Sequence record: OR142618.1
Reading direction: 5' to 3' (one strand)
DNA length: 64,000 nt
Made by a program: the position numbers and the translations under genes. Below, one piece after another: positions 10,001 through 19,469 of the stretch. Position 1 is the first letter of the stretch. Each line of letters opens with the position of its first letter. The notes beneath the pieces were generated by a model. That model saw nothing but the letters and a program-made list of their open reading frames with translations. It was not told the origin of the DNA and did not search any database.

Positions 10001-10125
10001 GCATAACATATACGGAATATAGTATGCTATACGTATATAAACCGTGACTCTAGACAACTCACTTACTGTACGCTTGTTAATATAATTCCATTTCGTAGTA
10101 TAACGTATATACAGGACAACTAGTT

Positions 10126-10395
10126 ATGGATCTGATACTATTTCTTCAACATAATACTGTAGAGATGGACTATAGTGAATGGTACGTTCGTCTTAACAAC
10201 AAGAATGAAAAGCATATAGCTATGATTACAGGTAACGGTATTAGACTGTATTATAGAAATATTAATAGCTTACTTGGTATTCTTCATTTACAATACTGTA
10301 ATTATAAATTTTTCATGCATACGGACAATTATATTTCTTTTACTTTTGCTAATAATAATAGGTTTGTACATGAAATACATGTTGATTTGAAATAA
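10126..10395 (+). CDS. small-ORF repeat-family protein
   Basis: MDLILFLQHNTVEM ... LGILHLQYCNYKF; AGGA upstream. Confidence 0.75.
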   Translation: MDLILFLQHNTVEMDYSEWYVRLNNKNEKHIAMITGNGIRLYYRNINSLLGILHLQYCNYKFFMHTDNYISFTFANNNRFVHEIHVDLK

Positions 10396-10398
10396 TAT

Positions 10399-10716
10399 AT
10401 GGATTTCATACTATTACTTCAATCTCAATGTCATGAGATTGTATATACCAAACAAATTATTGATATGCTTAATGCGCATGATGATAGGCAGTTTGTATAT
10501 GGAATTACGTTGCCTATGGGGAGAAAACATGTGACATATAAGGCATATTGTTTGTATAATAATATATGCGATGTGATAGGTTTATTACATATGCAATCTA
10601 TTCTATCGTTAATAGAAGTTAAACATTTAAAATCAGTTTCTGGTAAAACAGATATTATTGTTAATATGGTGTTTGCTAACGATTTTCTTCAATATGCTAT
10701 ATATTTATGGACTTAA
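10399..10716 (+). CDS. small-ORF repeat-family protein
   Basis: MDFILLLQSQCHEI ... IGLLHMQSILSLI. Confidence 0.75.
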   Translation: MDFILLLQSQCHEIVYTKQIIDMLNAHDDRQFVYGITLPMGRKHVTYKAYCLYNNICDVIGLLHMQSILSLIEVKHLKSVSGKTDIIVNMVFANDFLQYAIYLWT

Positions 10717-10991
10717 TATTATTATTTCAGTCTCGTTGTTGTAAGATTTGGTATTCAGATTATATTATAGATATGATCGACTATAGTGATTATACTATAG
10801 TATCATTACTACGCCCGCCGAATGGGCGTATGTATGCCTATTGTTCGTGTAACAATATATACAACGAAATTAGTATAATGCATTTGCAGAATAGCATACA
10901 TTCATTACAAATAAGTTATAGTACCCGTTCTATAATGTGTCGTATGACTAATGTGTATGAAGATCTAATTCAATATATTAGTATACTTTAG
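10707..10991 (+). CDS. small-ORF repeat-family protein
   Basis: MDLILLFQSRCCKI ... ISIMHLQNSIHSL. Confidence 0.75.
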   Translation: MDLILLFQSRCCKIWYSDYIIDMIDYSDYTIVSLLRPPNGRMYAYCSCNNIYNEISIMHLQNSIHSLQISYSTRSIMCRMTNVYEDLIQYISIL

Positions 10992-10993
10992 TA

Positions 10994-11269
10994 ATGTATT
11001 TTATTTTGTTTATACAGAGATTGTGTTGTTCGATTAGAAGGGCTTCGCATGGATTCGATATTTTTGATACAAATGAAGTAGCATATTCATTAATAGATCA
11101 TCATGGTTTCAGTATGAAACATTTTGTTTCATACTCTGTTATAAACGATGTAATAGGAATTATACATTTACAAGTGCATACAAATAAGTTTTATTTTCTT
11201 AATGAAAAACATCAAATGGATATGATTTGTTTTCTAGATAGTAAAGGCGGTCATTTTTTTAGTTTATAG
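10994..11269 (+). CDS. small-ORF repeat-family protein
   Basis: MYFILFIQRLCCSI ... IGIIHLQVHTNKF. Confidence 0.75.
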   Translation: MYFILFIQRLCCSIRRASHGFDIFDTNEVAYSLIDHHGFSMKHFVSYSVINDVIGIIHLQVHTNKFYFLNEKHQMDMICFLDSKGGHFFSL

Positions 11270-11281
11270 AGGACGGAATTT

Positions 11282-11545
11282 GTGTTATTAATATTAATGC
11301 TTCAGCGTAATGTCGAATGGATTCTTTATACTGATTGTGAAATTCGACTTGTTCTGCCCGATTATAATACGTTATATCGTTTTCTAATTCAGATACAGAA
11401 AATTAATGGGTATCTAAATTGCCATGCTAGTAATGACATTGTAGGTATGTTTTATTTACAGTACAATTGTGATACTATATCATTTAATAGATTTGATGAA
11501 TTTATGATACTAAACCACAATGGCGTAATAATTTTTGGCTGGTGA
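11282..11545 (+). CDS. small-ORF repeat-family protein
   Basis: MLLILMLQRNVEWI ... VGMFYLQYNCDTI. Confidence 0.75.
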   Translation: MLLILMLQRNVEWILYTDCEIRLVLPDYNTLYRFLIQIQKINGYLNCHASNDIVGMFYLQYNCDTISFNRFDEFMILNHNGVIIFGW

Positions 11546-11841
11546 CTAGTATGGATATTATATTGATCCTTAGCAGTGAAGTTATAAGAATACAAGGTTG
11601 TTTTTATGATATAGAAACTTTACAAATAAGGTTCTTCAATAAATACGACTCAATATATTCTTGTAATAAAATGGGAGGATTTGTTAACTATAAAACATTT
11701 CCCAATGAACTACTAAGTATAATTCATTTGCAGCAGAATACACATAGGTTGATAACACACGGTAAATGTATATTTTTTGATAGTGTAGATTTTATTTCTA
11801 TTCACTGGGAGACTTTGTTTGACACAAACGAATATGTATAA
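11542..11841 (+). CDS. small-ORF repeat-family protein
   Basis: MDIILILSSEVIRI ... LSIIHLQQNTHRL. Confidence 0.75.
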   Translation: MTSMDIILILSSEVIRIQGCFYDIETLQIRFFNKYDSIYSCNKMGGFVNYKTFPNELLSIIHLQQNTHRLITHGKCIFFDSVDFISIHWETLFDTNEYV

Positions 11842-12085
11842 TGATATGAATTATATATTACTAATTAGTAACCAGTCTAAATATATTTCGTTGAAGGCAC
11901 TTGGATTAACTGTAAAAACACGTGAACCAAGGTTAACTCATTATATTATATTTTAAATATGAACGAAGAATATGATATATTATATTTGTCTAACAATACT
12001 ATGCAAATAACATTTCGTTTTTCAGTATATTGTTTTTATGATAAAACTCGTAGTATTATATATTGTCAATAAGACAGAAATATAA

Positions 12086-12400
12086 ATGGATTTAATATTA
12101 ACACTTCAGCATAAAACTGTGCTAATATCACAGTTTAGTGCATTATTTGTATTTCAAAATATAAACAGTGATACTATATTTTGTTTGGATATAAGTAGAC
12201 ATGTATATTATTTCGAAATAATATTCAGGTTATATAATAATAAGAATGGCATGGTGTATTTGCAACATGCCATTAATTCTATTAAGTTTACCTTTAGTTT
12301 ACAATATCATACAATTCGTGGATATTCTAGTATACCATCTATATATATGTATGATAAAAAATATGCTATTGTACACGTACCATATGTTAGGAATACTTAA
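12086..12400 (+). CDS. small-ORF repeat-family protein
   Basis: MDLILTLQHKTVLI ... NGMVYLQHAINSI. Confidence 0.75.
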   Translation: MDLILTLQHKTVLISQFSALFVFQNINSDTIFCLDISRHVYYFEIIFRLYNNKNGMVYLQHAINSIKFTFSLQYHTIRGYSSIPSIYMYDKKYAIVHVPYVRNT

Positions 12401-12699
12401 TGGATCTTATATTATACATTCAGTACAGTGCTCATAAAATAGAAACTGTTTATAAATCATATCTATTTTATAGTAATAACTATTCACTTTATTACAGACT
12501 GTCTGTATATAAGAGATTATTGGTACCATCGGGTAGTGAATCATATGCAAGGGCTTCGGCTGAATATTCTGCTATTACAGACAAAATAGGAATTATACAC
12601 TTACAATCGAAAACACACGCAATATTATTTGTTATAGACAGTATGTGCATTCACGACAAATCGTATCAAACACTCCATTATATTATACTAAGGTCATAA
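12400..12699 (+). CDS. small-ORF repeat-family protein
   Basis: MDLILYIQYSAHKI ... IGIIHLQSKTHAI; TAATG coupling. Confidence 0.75.
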   Translation: MDLILYIQYSAHKIETVYKSYLFYSNNYSLYYRLSVYKRLLVPSGSESYARASAEYSAITDKIGIIHLQSKTHAILFVIDSMCIHDKSYQTLHYIILRS

Positions 12700-12798
12700 T
12701 GTTTATAAGTTTTATTCCGCCTGTTGCAATGTTGATACGACTACAATCAAATCTACATATTATCTGTTTTGATTCTGTTTATGATAGTATAGTGTTTT

Positions 12799-13080
12799 GT
12801 GATAAAGACTACGACGAAATACATTGCTGCTTATGGTAGCGTGTTTGCATTTAACGCAAAAACATGTTATACAGTATTGTTTGTTGAGTATTTTGACATT
12901 GTTGTTTCTAAAAATCTTTTATATAAAGGATTAATATGCATAATATATTTAAATTATCATATTGTACAAATATGTTTAAATTTAAAATATTATGGGATCA
13001 AAAAGTATACCTATGCTCGTTTATGTCATTGCGGTATACTACCCTATATATTTCTGCAGGTCGTATCAGATAAATGGTAA
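12799..13080 (+). CDS. hypothetical protein (AT-rich array)
   Basis: 93-aa ORF; start uncertain. Confidence 0.4.
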   Translation: MIKTTTKYIAAYGSVFAFNAKTCYTVLFVEYFDIVVSKNLLYKGLICIIYLNYHIVQICLNLKYYGIKKYTYARLCHCGILPYIFLQVVSDKW

Positions 13081-14400
13081 CAAATATATTAGAATTAATG
13101 TATGTATGTCACCATACATATAATATAACAACTGACAGCTACTATAACATTTTCTTCTTAAATAAAAATAATAAAATTATCTTTGTTGTGTATTAAAACA
13201 AATGGGAATATTTCTCTTATCACGCAATACTTGCTATATTTGTGTTATACATGTCAGACGCATTGTATACAAGATTAAAATGTATGACAGACATGGCAAT
13301 TATGTGTGTACAATTAATGTTATCTAAGAACATATTAAATTATATAGAATTTGGTTGTATGTAATACAGTTTAATAATGGCAACAGATATTGATAAAATA
13401 ACATACATTTCATTTAACTCATGCTATATATCAGTTAATCGTTTTAGTGTTATTATATATTATGAGTACGGTAGATTGATTTTATATGATGATACCCCCG
13501 GGCTTATATAAGAACGTATTCTACATACAGTATAATGTACGTCATATCAGCATATATTATTTTGATGCATGTGAATGTAATATATTACAAGTAGAATGCA
13601 ATAATTTTCTTACTCTAACATATAAATTAAATGAAAAAACCAATAAGTAATATAGTTGAATTATCGCTTAATACGCACCGGTTTAATACCAATTATATAA
13701 CTAGTGCTCATTGTTTAGTATTTTATAATGCGTCGTCATATCCTATACATTATGTTCGTTTACACACAAACAAACGTTAACACTTATGTCGCCGGTATCA
13801 ATTCATAATATAGTTTGTATTCAACACTATCTTAATAGATGGTATACTAGAATATCCCCAACAGGTATTAATGTGTATTCAGATTCATATGTTAGAATTA
13901 GAATAAATGTTCATAAATAAAAATATTATAAATCACGATATACATTATGATATGTTGCAGGTATCTTCATGCGCACATACAATAGATTCATCGCTATGTA
14001 GTACATATCTATTGGCATGCATTTATAATAGTAATGAAAAAATTATTATAATTAGTGTTGCATATCTAAGATGAATGGTATAAAAGATATAATAGAATTT
14101 TCATCGCATGCATACGAAATATGTGCAAATACAGCAAGACTTAGAGATATAGTATACTACTCGATACTCATAAAGGCAAAAGACGGTCTTGCATTTTATA
14201 TGGTAGACTCGTTTGCATATATAACATGACCAGTATCCTTGAATGTTCTTACAATACTTCTAATATTAGGTTTCGTTTTTGTAAAAACAGTGGCATTTTA
14301 ATTGTGAACTTTCTAAACAAAAATGATGACATACATTTCATTGTAATAATTAGATACAAATATACATATCGTTAATTACTAATACATAGGAGAGTAATAA

Positions 14401-14535
14401 ATGAATAGAGCAGCAAAGAAAAATGTTTCTATATTTGTTATTCAGAATCATACTTTTAGAGTTCATGTTGTACGATATGATCCTGCGAGAATTTCAATAT
14501 ATCTCTCACTTGTACATAATTGTGTTGCATCTTAA
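14401..14535 (+). CDS. single-unit micro-protein, 44 aa
   Basis: AGGAG RBS; MNRAAKKNVSIFVIQNHTFRV... Confidence 0.6.
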   Translation: MNRAAKKNVSIFVIQNHTFRVHVVRYDPARISIYLSLVHNCVAS

Positions 14536-14643
14536 GAACTATATCTGTATAATGTAGGTTACATTTGCATGTATAGGATTATCTTTCATATAATATATGC
14601 TTATTAACTATACGACATGTATTGAATTACTTTATAGTATTGT

Positions 14644-14790
14644 ATGATTCGTAAAAATATAGTTCTAATATCACATAACACGTCAAAAATAATATTAGAA
14701 AGAAGAACAAGCAAAGTATTACGTGTTTCTATATTTAAATCAATCGGAAAATACTACTACCATTATTATACAACGTGTGGGAAACTATAA
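14644..14790 (+). CDS. single-unit micro-protein, 48 aa
   Basis: MIRKNIVLISHNTSKII...; TAATG-coupled to next ORF. Confidence 0.55.
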   Translation: MIRKNIVLISHNTSKIILERRTSKVLRVSIFKSIGKYYYHYYTTCGKL

Positions 14791-14930
14791 TGCAAGATCA
14801 TCATTTCACTACACTGTTGTATATGTCTAATCGTGCAGATAGAATAAAGATTTTTCGACAGCCTTCCTGTCTTATTGTATATATTAAGTCAGGTATGTTA
14901 TATATTAATAAACAATTCTTAAAATGTTAG
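14790..14930 (+). CDS. single-unit micro-protein, 46 aa
   Basis: MQDHHFTTLLYMSNRADRI... Confidence 0.55.
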   Translation: MQDHHFTTLLYMSNRADRIKIFRQPSCLIVYIKSGMLYINKQFLKC

Positions 14931-15700
14931 AATATATAGATACTCTCAAATATAATTACATTTTAACTGTATGCAGCGGTGTAGAGTCTATATCATTTGA
15001 ATCATTTACTAGATCAGTAATATCAGTTTCCATAATATATAATAATATTACTATCTTTCCGTACCAAACTACACGAACTATACTGTATGGTGTATAATCT
15101 TATTTTTATTTCTTGTAATGTTTCTTTAATTAGTTTTTCTATTTTTAATAAAACATTTGAAGTTTATATTTATGGAAAAATGTTAGTGGTAATTTATTGT
15201 ACAGGACTACATATATGTTAGATATATTGCTACAGTTCCAACGCAGGGTGGATACAATTAAGATGGAGTTAATGTGGCGTCACTTGCATTTTTATGAAAA
15301 AGCCGGCGAGGAAATTGAGTTATTTCATGCTATATTTCTGCCGCCCGATCACCGAAGTATTAATTAATAAAATTCTATAACAAAAACAAGTTGTATTTTT
15401 CGGCATAAAAATTTATGAATAAAGATACAAACAAAGAATCACCTATTATTAAAGAATTATATTTTATATTAAGATTGTAAGTAAAATAAAATACTTTTAG
15501 AATCTAAAACTAAAATGATCGATTGGGTATTTAAATTGTCTGCTAGTTGCTACGAAATAGACGGACAACACAGTGAGTCAATAAGAATATATAATTCATA
15601 TTGTCTTTTAGGAACTATACAATGTTATTGTGCTCAGTTAAAAATAAATTTATATAAATTTTAATATTGTGGGAAGAATTCTTTTAAATAGGCATACTAT

Positions 15701-15844
15701 ATGAATGATCTATTACAATATCAACTCACATTATGTTCCATATCTTTGCAGAAAGCTCGTTTTAAGTCAGGCAATGTGTATTACATTCTAATTGAACGTA
15801 ACGACAGCGGTAGGTATTCCCGAGATGTAAAAATACTTAAATGA
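15701..15844 (+). CDS. micro-protein, 47 aa
   Basis: MNDLLQYQLTLCSI... Confidence 0.45.
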   Translation: MNDLLQYQLTLCSISLQKARFKSGNVYYILIERNDSGRYSRDVKILK

Positions 15845-15845
15845 T

Positions 15846-16016
15846 ATGCGTATATTTGTAATATCACAAAATTGCATGACTATCAGACTTTTTTATCATA
15901 CATATTTCATTAAAGATGTAAATTATGATTCAATTTGTGTGTTATATAAAACGAATAGCAGAATTGTAATACATCCGAGTTTTACAGTAGATGAATATAT
16001 TCGATCTGTCTTATAA
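15846..16016 (+). CDS. single-unit micro-protein, 56 aa
   Basis: MRIFVISQNCMTI... Confidence 0.55.
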   Translation: MRIFVISQNCMTIRLFYHTYFIKDVNYDSICVLYKTNSRIVIHPSFTVDEYIRSVL

Positions 16017-16179
16017 TTCTTCATTTATTTTGATGAAATCGAATAGAATATACATTAGTAATAATATCTATCGTGTAGGAGCTATATATGTATTACCTGC
16101 AATAACGAAATATATACATCAAATATTCTATGTAAACGCTGCAATATATAGATTTTTAGATACAGGTATACTAGTATGA
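15991..16179 (+). CDS. single-unit micro-protein
   Basis: MNIFDLSYNSSFI. Confidence 0.55.
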   Translation: MNIFDLSYNSSFILMKSNRIYISNNIYRVGAIYVLPAITKYIHQIFYVNAAIYRFLDTGILV

Positions 16180-16364
16180 AATTCAATATATTTAAATTGC
16201 AAAGAAGATGTCACATTATAAATTGTCATTTTTATGACATTCTTAGATTTTCAAAACCTACATATTTTCGAGATGCTGATAGAATAACTATATTTTCATT
16301 AATAGGTACTAATAGTATCAGAATTTACGAGGATATGTATAAAGGATATGCACAAACCATATGA
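16176..16364 (+). CDS. single-unit micro-protein
   Basis: MKFNIFKLQRRCHII; ATGA overlap. Confidence 0.55.
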   Translation: MKFNIFKLQRRCHIINCHFYDILRFSKPTYFRDADRITIFSLIGTNSIRIYEDMYKGYAQTI

Positions 16365-16672
16365 TTGAAATATTAATATTTTCGAGTGTTAGTGATTATA
16401 TTAATATAAGCCACGATATGGCACGGCTATATAATCTTAATGGTGTTAGTGAATTAATATTTGCATCAAAACCATACAAGTATATTATATTAACTAATTT
16501 AAAAAATCGTATAGGTATATTCTGTATTTCAAATATAATAAGTGAAAGGGTGATGGGAGATATTACTAGTAATGAATGTTGGGCTTATCCTTGGCCTCCA
16601 GATACTGGCATAGATGTATATATTGATTTCCTGTATAAAAATGATGAGCTTTCTACTAAACACACAATATAA
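16361..16672 (+). CDS. small-ORF repeat-family protein
   Basis: ILIFSSVSDYI ... IFCISNIISERV. Confidence 0.6.
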   Translation: MIEILIFSSVSDYINISHDMARLYNLNGVSELIFASKPYKYIILTNLKNRIGIFCISNIISERVMGDITSNECWAYPWPPDTGIDVYIDFLYKNDELSTKHTI

Positions 16673-16709
16673 CCATAGACAAATAAGTGCATTATGCTAA
16701 TATATACAT

Positions 16710-17110
16710 GCTTACTAAACAGTTACTTGTTAAGTAAGTTAAAAAGTCGGTAACAGTGATGTTACAGGATACACAGGCAAATACGGTTGGAAGATGCTGT
16801 GTAAAGAACAAATATCCAGCTCATTCCTAGGCATTATAGCCTACACATTATATTTGAATGGGCATAAAAACTTCCAAAGAACCTTCGAAATTTTCTCATA
16901 GGATAGTGTATTAGAAGGAATGCACTATCAGGAAGCTGTAGGTGATGGTTGCTATCCCAGACAGTCCTTTCTAAAATACTTTAATATGATATAAAGTTCT
17001 ATGCAACCGTATACATGCTGTAAGATATTAGATTACACCATGTATTAAACGTAAAAGCAAAACCTTCAGTTAGTAATCTCGCAGTGAAGGGGGTAGGTGA
17101 GTGCTACCCA
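16710..17110 (+). ncRNA. putative large structured RNA or 5' leader (ncRNA-1)
   Basis: ORF-free; upstream TAGACA and extended TGcTAATAT; multiple helices with G-U pairs (see findings). Confidence 0.6.
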
Positions 17111-17152
17111 AACTCAACAAACAACTAATGGTCTAGAAAAGGTATAGTATAC

Positions 17153-17560
17153 ATGCAACATACTCACATTCGTTTCTACAACGAAGAAACTCAACAGATC
17201 GATAACCGCCGTGGCGCTACTGTTGCCTGGGAAACCGCCGGCAACAAGATCCGTATTTCCGTAGCAGCATGTTCGGAAATGGATAACTTCAACCGCAAGA
17301 CCGGACGTGAACATGCTGCTAGCCGTCTCGAAAGTGGCGACTACATCGAGTTTAACGGCACCGAACTTCTTAATGCACAGATGTCTTCTGTAAGTCATGT
17401 GCAGTCTGAAGGTCTCGTTCGTGCTATGTGCTTCTTGCTAGCACAAGGCAAAGGCGATCTATATTACCCGGCAAGCGAAGGTCAGCTTCGCAGCGAAGCC
17501 GAGTGCAATAGCTACAACGCCCTCGAGTACCTGAAACACCAGATGGGCATTCATCAGTAA
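17153..17560 (+). CDS. hypothetical protein, host-like codon usage
   Basis: 135 aa, GC-richer; phage-type motif ACSEMDNFNRKTGREHAASRL. Confidence 0.8.
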   Translation: MQHTHIRFYNEETQQIDNRRGATVAWETAGNKIRISVAACSEMDNFNRKTGREHAASRLESGDYIEFNGTELLNAQMSSVSHVQSEGLVRAMCFLLAQGKGDLYYPASEGQLRSEAECNSYNALEYLKHQMGIHQ

Positions 17561-17573
17561 GTATTCGGCCATT

Positions 17574-17616
17574 CGGAATTGCGATTTAGGTTTTGGAATT
17601 CTAAATCGCAATTCCG
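17574..17616. repeat. perfect 16-bp inverted repeat, 11-nt loop
   Basis: cggaattgcgatttag / ctaaatcgcaattccg. Confidence 0.9.
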
Positions 17617-17801
17617 GTTTCCAAATTCAATTTTAGGCACAAACTCGGATCCGCATTTGCATTTTGCATTTACATTTTGTGTTCTGAGTGTATATGCAAA
17701 ATGCAATCGCGCATGTTGTCGATGCATTGGCTAATCTTTTATTTTTGATAGTTTAGAAAAGATTAAGAACAGAAACTATCTGTAAATTAATAAAAATAAC
17801 A

Positions 17802-17830
17802 TTTACATTACATACACATATGCATATACT
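17802..17830 (+). promoter_or_regulatory. sigma70-type promoter
   Basis: TTTACA-17-TATACT with A-rich upstream sequence. Confidence 0.7.
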
Positions 17831-17836
17831 ATATAT

Positions 17837-18115
17837 AAGTTATGCGCTGTTGCATACGTAAATACCTCCTATGTTGTTTAGATATGTCGATTCTGGTATA
17901 ACCAGATAGACCTAAGGATGATGCTAGTGATTCCTTAGTATTGTATATTCTAGCTGAGTATAAAGAGTAAGGGGCTTTATACAAATAACAATTCCTTAGG
18001 CAAGATATACCGCTCCGTTGTGCTGACGAGCATAATTTGCCCAGATACAGAGCACGTGACTGGTCTGAGGAGCATTTATATCAGAAAGGCAGACTTATGT
18101 TTGCCTTTCTTTTTG
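17837..18115 (+). ncRNA. putative small RNA (ncRNA-2)
   Basis: Lies between a promoter and an intrinsic terminator, has no credible ORF, forms several hairpins and carries ACCUCCU near the 5' end. Confidence 0.6.
18084..18115 (+). terminator. intrinsic terminator
   Basis: gaaaggcagac-ttat-gtttgcctttc followed by T-tract. Confidence 0.8.
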
Positions 18116-18129
18116 AGCAGATATTCTCT

Positions 18130-18300
18130 TATTCACTTCCTTATTCATTTCTTTATTCATCTCTATTTCGTTTGTCACTTCCTTATTCATTTCTTTATTC
18201 ATCTCTATTTCATTTGTTATTGCAAATAAGACTAATTCTTATTTGCGTTTGTAATTTCATTTGTTATTGCAAATAAGACTAATTCGTATTTGCATTTGCA
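18130..18300. repeat. pyrimidine-rich direct repeats
   Basis: cttccttattcatttctttattcatctct x2; catttgttattgcaaataagactaattc x2. Confidence 0.85.
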
Positions 18301-18513
18301 ACGAAAAAGAATATGCAAATAATAACTAATCTTATTTGCATTTGCACTGCCTAGTATATGGATTGGTAGCATACTTGGAAATGGATAGTAAATAAGTAGT
18401 TGATTTGTTTATAAATTATACTTCTACACCATACAGATTGACCTTGCTATATATAGCTCGTGCGCGTGTATACAAGATGGTAAAAAATAATTTAAAAATA
18501 TTTTAAAAAATGC

Positions 18514-18637
18514 TTGACTTTCCATTACTACGACCTTAAAGTGCGAACTGTAGACGCAGTGTGTAGAGCGCTACATAGTAAGCAACGCAGAAAGTAAACA
18601 AAAAATGCTTGACGCAATGCAAACTAGGCTCTACACT
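18514..18637 (+). promoter_or_regulatory. tandem sigma70-type promoters with A-tract UP elements
   Basis: TTGACT-17-TAAAGT (18514-18542) and TTGACG-17-TACACT (18609-18637), both preceded by aaaaatgc. Confidence 0.75.
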
Positions 18638-18720
18638 GTATACAAGCTTAAGGGGTAGGTGCCCCGAAAGTGTAGTAAGTAAACAACATAATCCTTCCAT
18701 CAGCTACAGAGGTATACAAC

Positions 18721-19425
18721 ATGTCCGTACATATCACTCGTCAACGTACCGACAAACAGCACGTCCTGGCACTGGCAATCAACGGCGTGGTCATCGGCCA
18801 GACCATGGCTACTTACACCACCCCGAGCAAGCGCACCTGGTCGGCGACCGCCGAAGTCGAACTGGCAGACGGCACTGTCGTTCAGTTCGAACAGAAGGAA
18901 GTGTTCAGCGCGATCCGCATCACCCGCGAAATCGAGCAGGCGCTCGACGGCAAGGAACTGGCGGCCAAGTACACCCCGGAACCGAAAGTTCCCGGGCAGA
19001 AGGGTCCGAAACCGCTCACCGACGAAAGCCGGCTCAGCAACGCGATCGCGATCGTCAAAGCGGCCATCACCCACACCGGCTTCGACGAAGCTACCCTGGT
19101 GTTCGACGGGGTCGACAAGGCCAACTTCGAGCAGAACAGCACCTCCGTCGGCAACAAGCTGCGTCGCCTGGGCTTCGTCTTCGAACTCGGCGCCGGCAAG
19201 GCGAACAGCGGCAAGGGCTTCCTGATCAACCGCAAAGCGCAGGCCGAGGCAGAAGCTGCCGAACGCAAGGCCAAGCGCGACGCCGAGAAGAAGGAACGCG
19301 AAGAAAAAGCGGCGGCTGCCAAGCGCGAAGCTGACGAACGCAAGGCCAAGCGTGAAGCCGAACGCGCCGAAAAGGTCGCTGAAAAGAACGCAGCGATCGC
19401 CGGGGCAGCGCAGGAAAGCAAGTAA
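18721..19425 (+). CDS. paralog A of a three-member GC-rich family; K/E/A-rich C-terminal tail
   Basis: Shared domain NGVVIGQ...TPSKRTWSA...EQKEVFSAIRITR; GAGG RBS; terminator follows. Confidence 0.9.
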   Translation: MSVHITRQRTDKQHVLALAINGVVIGQTMATYTTPSKRTWSATAEVELADGTVVQFEQKEVFSAIRITREIEQALDGKELAAKYTPEPKVPGQKGPKPLTDESRLSNAIAIVKAAITHTGFDEATLVFDGVDKANFEQNSTSVGNKLRRLGFVFELGAGKANSGKGFLINRKAQAEAEAAERKAKRDAEKKEREEKAAAAKREADERKAKREAERAEKVAEKNAAIAGAAQESK

Positions 19426-19440
19426 TTGCCCAACTGCGCC

Positions 19441-19469
19441 AGAAGGGGAGCAATAGCTCCCCTTTCTTC
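19441..19469 (+). terminator. intrinsic terminator
   Basis: gaaggggagc-aata-gctcccctttc. Confidence 0.8.

Noticed and set aside
630-16672. Stop-codon reassignment as the cause of the many short ORFs
   Set aside because: Virion genes run to >1600 aa in the standard code. The short ORFs lie in different frames, overlap by ATGA/TAATG and each begins with its own family motif.
18064-18112. Hammerhead-like CUGAGGA...GAAA core
   Set aside because: Stem II is weak with an extra A before GAAA and there is no stem I partner; the hairpin is better explained as a terminator.
18020-18276. ORFs 18020-18229 and 18037-18276
   Set aside because: They cross a strong terminator and the pyrimidine repeats, lack an RBS and have repetitive translations.
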